Shown here: positions 52,031-61,063 of the stretch, one piece after another | Layout: each line of letters starts with the position of its first letter | Numbering within the stretch: position 1 is the stretch's first letter | From: Phoronis australis | Lineage: Eukaryota; Animalia; Phoronida | Assembly: GCA_002633005.1 (NCBI GenBank) | Contig: NMRA01000136.1 | Span: 2,593 to 63,655, forward strand | DNA length: 61,063 bases | Reading direction: 5' to 3' | Notes under the pieces: model-generated | Seen by the model: only the letters and a program-made list of their open reading frames with translations | Database searches by the model: none | What the model was told of the DNA's origin: nothing | Made by a program: the position numbers and the translations under genes

Positions 52031-52908
52031 TTTTTATTCGCCCGCATATTTATATGTGAGTGTCTGTCATCTCTGCCTGCCCGGTTGTCCGGGCGTCCGG
52101 GATACGGCGTCCACAGCTGTATCTCTTAAATCCTCACAGGACCTTTATGAGATTTGGCAGATGTGCTTCTATAAGGCTGACGACAGTTGACAAAGAATTT
52201 CGGACGGATCCGCCTACCGGTGGCATTTTTTTCGTTTATATCTGTTTCTTCAAAGGTCATCGGATTTTCATAAAACTTGGCTCGTTTTCGGATGACACCT
52301 AATGGCAAATTTTACTGCCCTCGAATATATTTTTGGCACCTTCTCCTCCATCAATCAAACCACTCTAAGGATGATTGTGAAAATTGGCATATTTGTTCTT
52401 ACTGTGAAGAAGGCAGCTGACAACGGCTTTCCGGCGACTTCGACTACCGTGACACCTCCTAGTGGCATTTTTCTTTGATTTTGCGCCCAGCTCATGGCTG
52501 TGCAAGATGTTTATTAAGTTTTGCAAGTATCTTTATATTAAGTTGACAACGGATGACAACGATTTTAGGACGGATTGGACTACTGGTGTGCCTCCTAGTG
52601 GCAATTTATTTTTTTTAAGTTTACCTAAAGTCTGTATATTCAAATGGTCTTTGACGGATTTTCATAAAGTTTGGCATTTAGGCATATATTGGTAAAATGG
52701 TGCCTATCTTTCATTTCCGGATGGATTGGTAGTATTTTGCGGCACCTAGCGGCTATTTTTTTACTGTTGTCGAGTCTTTTTGTCGTCCGCCCCTCTGTAA
52801 AACCAAACCACTGTATGGATGATTTGAAAATTTGGCATACATGTTTTTACTATAAAAAGGTTGAATTACGGATGAGATTGACTACTGTGGCGCTTCTTGG
52901 TGGCAAAT
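52031..52908 (+). mobile_element. Second HINE/DINE-1-like element, 3'-truncated
   Basis: Same 5' TTTTTAT...ATTTATATGTG...GTCCGG start and the same CCTAGTGG-bearing repeats as 43817-45358. Confidence 0.7.
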
Positions 52909-55900
52909 TGAAAAATTTAATTTTGTCGGTTGTTTGTAAAATACACGTTTTTGTCTATTTACAAGCCATACCCATACCCCAACGATGTGCTGAGACCCAC
53001 GGATAACCAAAATAGGAGAAGGATTTAGAATGAAAATTATGAAGGTAAACTAACGTTGGTTGCGTTTCATACTGCATTAATATAAATAACTGCTGTTCGA
53101 TACTTTGAAGGTTCTTAAGTCCAAACGCCCATAACACGAGAAATGAAACTGTTTTTAAAAATGCCCTATCAGGCCCAAGGTTCACGATTCCGACAGACAA
53201 GAAAGTTAGTTTGTACGAAATAAGGCCACGAAACCAGAAGCCGGTTATTCAAAGTCAACGACAGCGGTAAAACAAAGTTTGAAAATGTAAATGAAAGCAA
53301 AAGCTCAGTGCACATTGCTGAACTGTGTTTGGATCTTTTCCAGAGGCAATGGCTCTTCCAGTGTTTAAAATCCCAAAATATTTTGTTCCAAATCACCGTT
53401 CAGAACTTCATGTCATTAAACTTTTAGCTTTCGCAGTTATGGGCTTTCGTACTTGCTTGTATTTGTGGACTTAAAAACCTTCGGAAAAATGAAAGCCATG
53501 ATTTCATACGTTCAGCTAACACACTTTCTCACTTCTAGTTTTAAATTGAAGTCATGTAGATTTTATCGCTTCTAAAAGCTAATGGTTTCCTTTTAACCGT
53601 ATTGTAGATTTAATACAGACTTGGTCATTCTTCGAACGGTGGACTTTGACTGACTAGTATACCATTAACTTGCGGAATTTAAGGTCGAAAGCAGTGGCAG
53701 TATACCCAAGGTGGGCCGGGACAACTAACACGAATGTCACCAGTAATGTTCATCTGAAACTATCCTTGTTTGATTTGAAAAAGCGAAGTTCAAAATTTAC
53801 TCGCCAGTCATTCAACATCTGTCTTTATTCATGAACACTGTTTCACAGCTGGTTTCAGGGCAAAAAATGTAAATTTAAGAAAAAAACAAAAGCACATTAA
53901 GGTTAAAACAATGGTATCAATCACACAGTGGAATTTCATTCGATGAAAATAAATGTTTCAGAAGTCATCACAGAAAACCAGTTAATATAATCATTTCATT
54001 TTCGTTTTTTGAACGGTGTTTAAATCATGGTATTTGACATTTTACCTAAATCTGTACTGCTATTCTGATACGAATCTTCAAAGTTAGAGAAATTTTAACG
54101 CTATTCCAAAGGTAATACATGATTTGAACAACCATGACCTCACCACTACTGACAGAGAACCAAAGATAACACTGTACCACCTACTCAAATGATACCGTAA
54201 TTGGAAAGGTAAAAAAAATCTCCGAAGTTGCACCTTCCGTGAGGGCGCGCCATGAGATGCTGTCTTACACGGTACACGAAGGACGATAGAGGTATGAAAC
54301 TTTCGTTATTGATAACATTTTGTCTGGCTGACACTTGAAGTTACAGTTGTCTACCTGTGTCAACTTTGTGGTGTCCAAATCATTGTAACAGTGTTTAAGT
54401 GCTGTTGAACATTGTTTGGATCCTTTCGAGAGGAGGCACTGGCACTTCCAAAAAGTAGTTTCAAGCAGGAACGTGCATACAAATCTCTGAACATTTTGCT
54501 AACTGTAATAAATGAAAGTTTGAAATTTTAGCTTTCAAACTAATGGACTTCAAGTTTGGACCTTTGGATTTACCGATTTTTGAACTTATAAACCTTCGGA
54601 CCAATGAATAAGTGATTTCATACCTTCTTCTCACACTCTTTCTCACTTGTACTTTTCAATTCAGATCATAAGGTTTCATTACTTCCAATGAGATTACTTT
54701 GTTTGAACATCATTGTAGGCTTTTAAGGAATTGACCTAATTTCGTCAAACCACTGGACATTGGCTGACTAGTACACCATTGTCATGCGGGATCTGACGTC
54801 GCGAGCAGTGAGAGTGTACCAAAGGCGCCGCCTGGACCACTCACAGGAATGACATCAGAGTCAAAAGTTATGGTGCCGTTCACCCCTAAATATCCTGGAA
54901 GTTAATTGATTCGACTGTCTGTGTGTTCTACGAGTCATCAAAACTGTACTGAAGCCTTGTTTGATTTGGAAAAGTCAAGTCATTCAGGCATCTATTTTTA
55001 TTCATATACATTGTGATACATCTAGTTTCAGGGCACAGTCCCTCAAAAACCGTAAAATTTAGCTAAAAGCAAAGCCACGTTAATGGTAAAACAATGATAT
55101 CAATAACAAGATCGAATTTCATTTCGTGAAAGTGTCCCAGAAGTGACTTCAGAACTCTATTAACGTTCTAAAACATGCTCTTCATTTTTGTTTTGTGAAC
55201 TGTCTTTAAATCACAGTATTTGGAGGTGTTACATGAATCAGAACAGCTATTTCTGAGATATAAACGTTCAGAGTTAGAGAAATATAGAAGTTTGTTCCAG
55301 GGTCTTATAGGATCTGAGCAAGCAGGACACTGACCTTACCACCACTGGCACACAACAAAAGATGTCGCTGAACCACCAACACAAAATGATACCATAATCG
55401 GAAACGTACAAAATCCCTTAAGTTGCACTCTCCCTTAGGCTGCATCATTAGATGCTGCCCTAAAAGATACATGAAGGACGATAGAGGTGTGTAACTGTCG
55501 CTATTGACACTTGTGACAACTTTGTGGTGTCTTGATCATTGTAACATCTTTAAAGTGATAACTTGTACTCTGGCTTGTACTCAAACTTTAGTGTTTGGTT
55601 CATGATGACGCACATGTACTTTAAATTGATACACCTCTCCATGCACCAAATCTATCACCATTCGCTTTCACTTGTCGTTTGTTACTTGTCTTGCTGGTAC
55701 ATTCGTATTGACGATAACACTCTTTCTAATTTCGACTTACATTTGCACTAACATGCCGACACATACCCTAACTCACTAAAAACAGCATGACTGAATCCAA
55801 ATGATAATCCTGGTCATGGAGTTCCTCTGCAAATGCCATAACCAGGTGGAGCTGAGCAGTGGTTCCCTTGATCGATTACACCCGTGGCATGGAGAAGGAT

Positions 55901-58900
55901 TTTTCAATTACGTTAATTATCCAAGTATCAAATAGAAAACAACAATTGATTTCTCAATTGTTTGTAAATTTTGTTATTCCACGGTTTGTTTATTTACTTG
56001 CTATACTCACACAACAACGATACTTTGCGACCCCTGGATTACCAAGACGGAAGAAGGAGAATGGAAGAAGCAGAATGACAAACGAAGACTAAAATTAAGA
56101 ATGTAATATAATTTTGCTTGCGATTCATACTGAATTGGTATAAATAGTGTAGAACTCTATACTACGAAGGTTCACAAGTCTAAAGGCAAATCATCTGACA
56201 ATTGAATATATTTCTAAAAGAGCCCTTTAACCTCGAGGGTTCACAAATCCGACAGAAAGAAAAGATAGTTAGTTCCAAACTAGTCCGAAGGTCTATTATA
56301 CCTGAAACCTGTGATTTAGCCATCGACAGGAAGCAGCAAGATTGTAATAGTGGTAAACAAATACTTTAAAATGTAAATAAATGCAACATTTCTGCGCATT
56401 GCCGAATATAGTTTTAATCCTTCCGACAGGCTCTCAGGGTTCCATAAAGTAGTTTCAAATAGGCACGTGCATATAAATACCCGAACCTTTTTCTCCAAAC
56501 AATTTTTCAAGATCTTGATACATGAAAGTTCGAACTTTTATCTTAGGACAGGTGTGGACCTTCGAATTTATAGATTTTTTGACGTTTAAGTTTTCAGACC
56601 AATGAATACCTTGAATTCAGACCTTCTGCTCACGCTTTCTCACTCATAGATTTCAATTCAGATCATACGATTTCATTGCCTCCAAGGGGTTGACTTCGTT
56701 TGAATTTTATTGTAGGTTTTTAGAGACTTCGCCAAATTTCTTCGAACCACTAGACTGACTAATATACTGCTAGCATGCGGCATGCGGGATTTGACGTCGC
56801 GAGCAGTGGGATGAAACCACAGGACCACTTACACGAATGACACCATAGCCAAAAAGTATGGTGCCATTAAGCTGTAAACATCCTGGAAGTTACATGCTTT
56901 AACAGTATGTGCATTTTAGGACACATCAATTCACACCTGGTTTCAAGGCACAATAAATTATTTCTCAAAAACCGTAAAATTTAGCTTTGAACAAAAAGCA
57001 CATTAATGGTAAAACAATGGTATCAATAACAAGATCGAATTTAATTTAATGAAGGTGTTCCAGATGTCATCTCAGAACTTTGTTAAAGTTGTAAAATATA
57101 CTCTTATCATTTTCGTTTTCTGAACGGTGTTTAAATCATAGTATTTGAAAGTTTTAGATCAACGTGCACTGTCGTTTCTCAAATACAAACGTTAGAGAAA
57201 TGTAGACGTTCTTTTCTAGGGATTTACAGGCTTCGAACAACAAAGACCATGGCCTTGCCACCACTGGCAGTGGACCAAAGATGTTATTGAACCACGAACA
57301 CAAAATAACACCAGAGTGGAAAAGGTAAAAACGTCTCGCAACCTGCTTCTTCCGTGAGGGTGCGCGCCATGAGTTGCTGTATTGTCGATTCATGAAAGAC
57401 GACAGTGGTGTATAGCTTTTGTTATTTATAATATTTTAGTCTTGGTGGCACTTGCAGTTACAGTTCTCCACCTATGACAATTGTGTGGTGTCCGGGTCGC
57501 GTCGTTGTAAAATATTTAAGTTTTGGCTGTATTTTACTTGTATTCTGGGTTGTACTGAGGTTTTAGTGTTTGGTTCGCGATGACGCGCATGTACTTTAAA
57601 TGGATACACCTCTCCATCCACCAAATCTATCACCATTCGATTGCGCCACACGTTTGTTAATTGTCTTGCTCGTGTATTCGCGTTGACGCTGATGTTCTTT
57701 CTAATCCCGACTAACAATTAAACTAACCTACTGACACAAGCCCAAACTTACCCAGAAAGACAGCATGATTAAATCCAAATAACTTAAAAGGTCACAAAAA
57801 TTTCGTTAATACATGTTTTTTGTGTATTGACTCGCCATGACCGCGCAACAGCGATACGCTGCAACCCACGGATAATCAAAACGGAAGAAGAAGCATGGAA
57901 GAAGCAAATTCACAACCGAATACTAAAGCTAAGAAGGAAATCTAATGTTGCTTGCGAATCGTAATGCGTTGGTATACATAGGATAGAGCTCGATACTCCG
58001 AAAGTGTACAAGTTAGAATGCAAATTATGCGACAAATGAAAACGTTTTCAAAAGGACCTTGAGTCCGAAGGTTCACAAATCCAACAAAAAGAAGATCTAG
58101 TTGAAACTATTGACGAGGTGTGACAACAGAGCAGCAAAATTTAACTGGCTGTATTCCAAAATTTGATAATGTAACTAAATGTAGCTGTTCAATAAGCATT
58201 GACAAAATTTGTTTGGATCCCATTGAGGAGCACTGGCTCTTCGAATCACTAGTTTCAAACGGCACGTGTATAGAAACTAACTCCAAAATATTTCACGAAA
58301 TCACTTTTCAGAACCTCGTGTCCTGAAAGATCGAACGTTTACTTTTGAAAATGATAAGCTTTTGGACTTCAGTGGATATTCAGATTTATGGATTCTTGGT
58401 CTAGCTAACCTTGAAACCGAGGAATACCTTGATTTCATACCTTTGGCCCATTTTCGTTTTGTGAACTGCGTTTAAATATTGGTATTTCAATGTTTTACAT
58501 AAATGTAAACAGCTATTTCTGAGATGAATTTAAATATTCAAACTGAGAGAGAAATACGAGATTTTTTAGGATCATACAGGACCTGAACCGCAGCACCCTG
58601 ACCTCGCTACCACTGGAAGAGTACCTAAGATGTCGCGATAAGCAACACAAAATAAAACCGGAGACGAAAAGGTAAAAAACCCTAAGTTGCACTTCCGTGA
58701 GAGCGCACGCTGTGAGATGTTGTTTTTCCAGATACATGAAGGACGATAGTGCTGATTAAATTGATAACATTTGGGTCTTGCATTTACAGCTTTCCACCGG
58801 TGACAACTGTGTGGTTTCCAGATTATTGTAATAGTTCTTAAGGGTTGACTGTAGTTTTGTTGTGCTCTGGGTTGTAGTCAAGTATTAGTGTTTGGTTCGT

Positions 58901-61009
58901 GATGACGCACATGCACTTCAAATGAATAGATCTCTATACATCCATCAAATCTATTACCATTTGTTGCAGGTGTTGGTGGTACAATTGTGCAGACGCTAGC
59001 GCTCTTTCTAATCCCGACTGACAATTGCACTAATACACTAATACAAGCCCTAACATACTAAAACAACGACATGACTGAACCCAAATTACGTTCAAGACCC
59101 CAAAATGCATGCTGAATGGTGTTAATTGAATTCCTTTGCAGATTTCACAAGCAGAGGCAGTATTGAAAACAATTGATTTGTCGGATGTTTTTAAATTTTA
59201 TTAATACACGTTTTTATCTATTTACACGCCATACCCATACCCGCGATACGTTGGGACCTACGGATATCCAAAACGGAAGAAGTAAAGTAACGTTGCTTAC
59301 GTTTCATACTGCATTAGTATATATAAGACACAACTCGATACTCTAAAGGTTCTCAAGTGTTATAACGCCTATAATACAACAAATTAGAATTTTTTGAAAA
59401 GGTCCTGTCAAGCCAAAGGTTCACAAATCCGACTGAAAGGAATGCTAATGAGTTCAACAATCTATGAGACCAGAAATTAGTGATGCAAAGTCATTGACAG
59501 GGGAGCAGCACACTTCTAGTACCAGGAAACTAATAAAGTAGATAAAAGCAACAGCTCACTGACCATTGGCAAACTTTTTGCATCCTTTCGAGAGGCTTTG
59601 GCTCTTCCGTGAAGTAGTTTCAAACAGGACACGGATGGTCTCTGATCACTTTTGAAATACTATTTAATCGTCTGTGTAGTATCTCCTGCATATATTAATC
59701 ATAATATGTATGACCATGATCTTGTTCTGTTCTTGCTCTCAGTTGACGGTCTTTTTAAACTTCTTGCAGTATGTTGACACTATGGTTTACCACATGAACT
59801 TGAATATCACGATCAAGGGGGTTCTGTTATGCATTTGTTTTAAAAGTTAATTGTTAGGTAATTCTATCAATATGGTGAACCTTTAAAGGCTGTGCAATAG
59901 ATGGAACATTTGGTGATACCATATTATGGATGACTGTGACATTTCACGGTAATGGAGAAAACTATATGTTCAAGCCTTCTGAGTTATTAGAATATACCAT
60001 GTTTGTAGCCTCCCTGTCAAGAATCAGTTGCTTATCTCTTTCTGTGTTCCAATGCATAGCACGCGCCGACTGGTGGAATTTGGACATGTTCAATATCTCA
60101 TATCTTTATGTGTTCAAGCGTTTTACAACTTCTTTATAAAGTTGAAGGTACTCTGTGTACTGTTTTGAGGCTCATTATTGTAAATCGACCCTAAGACAAC
60201 GTATTTACCTGTTTTGATGTCACCTGAATGAAATTTCCAATGTCATTGCCTGTGGTACATGTATGAATGAATCCGATCTCAGGTTTCCTTCTACATTCCG
60301 CACACTTGATCGTGCAGTTTGTAATAGGGTTTTTATTTTAAAATACTGCTAGCATTGCTTAAGTTTTGTTCAATCTATCACAATGTTAATTTTAAGCTTG
60401 AGTTTTACATGGTCAAATTTTGATGCTGTTTACATTTACTCAAAATATATCTGCAATATAAATTATCGTATCCCATCATACCCATATGTTTCTATCGAGT
60501 ACCAACCAAGCAGTCGCCTGGGTTTATGTTGGAACAAAGCATGCATGTGGTGTACTGGACGTTCTAGGTTAAACACGAGGAAATTGTCGTCAAAACCTTC
60601 GAAATGTGCTTTGGTTAATAAATAAATGTCACACGAGGATATTCCACTGGACGACATCAATAAAACGTTTCTGTACACAGTTATCAAAAAGATTCACGAA
60701 AAGCCACGACATTGCTTAATATACATAGCAGGATATCAGGCAACGGACACAGCAAAGTACTAACCTATTTTGAAGTCTTTGCCTTTTGTGTGAATAAATC
60801 CGATATCACAACTCCTTCTAAAATACGTACAATGTCGAGTAAGTCACTATGTCCATGCAACACGCAGTCGTGCAGTAATAGGGCTTTTATTTTGAAATAG
60901 TTTTAGTATTAGTTAAATTTTGTTAAATCTATCACTATGCCTTATTTTAGGCGTGAGTTTCACAAGGCCCAAATTTGATGCTGTTGCCTTACATTTACTC
61001 AAAATTCTT

Positions 61010-61063
<54 letters not shown>
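61010..61063 (+). repeat. (CAACGG)n microsatellite, runs off the window end
   Basis: Nine perfect hexamer units. Confidence 0.97.

Larger units (their letters stand above)
39560..61009 (-). pseudogene. Decayed tandem array of vWA-like domains (~0.5-kb subunits, ~2-kb four-domain higher-order repeat)
   Basis: The anchor GAGATGCTGTCTTACCCGATAC recurs at ~40162, 42795, 45638, 49969, 51586 (partial), 54254, 55449, 57371 and 58714. The by-eye minus-strand consensus gives vWA-like motifs in order: FYLSDSGV...FSD, QLLVGIR, MCVIT / EITSG, SNEIRS...FTINV, VAAYRWGMG, DTTQLSQV, FEELCPE...TVY, NVINNESYTPL. No long ORF survives. Confidence 0.65.

Noticed and set aside
42300-59630. Alternative identities for the array (UGT, ionotropic receptor, LRR, cadherin)
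   Set aside because: Each rested on one isolated motif (KFDLVID, CWWF, FEVLYLSN, TVTARD..DEND) without correct neighbours or spacing. Only vWA explained motif order in all subunits plus the ~550-bp period.
61010-61063. Telomeric repeat
   Set aside because: CAACGG is not a telomere motif I recognise in animals; more likely a microsatellite at a contig or window end.

Overview
Repeat-dense animal (most likely invertebrate) genomic scaffold with two N gaps. All calls were made by eye. The only intact host gene seen is a two-exon (or more), plus-strand type II membrane protein with a DxD motif (exons 13099-13395 and 16257-17022). Bases 1-39.5 kb are a stack of nested transposons: a Gmr1-like Gypsy with two LTRs and a CTCGC TSD (1654-11049) carrying a 4.6-kb CACTA-like insertion, a decayed BEL/Pao element, Kolobok (THAP) and Academ derivatives, a Penelope fragment, LINE fragments and MITEs. 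The main finding is at 39.6-61 kb. It looks like a ~2-kb macrosatellite, but each unit splits into four ~0.5-kb subunits. Their minus-strand consensus shows von Willebrand factor A (vWA) domain motifs in the correct order and approximate spacing. I read it as a decayed, apparently intronless multi-vWA coding array that expanded as a 4-domain higher-order repeat. It was later invaded by Helentron/DINE-1-like elements carrying arrays of CTCF-like motifs, and by a hammerhead-bearing Penelope tail. The vWA call needs profile-HMM confirmation.
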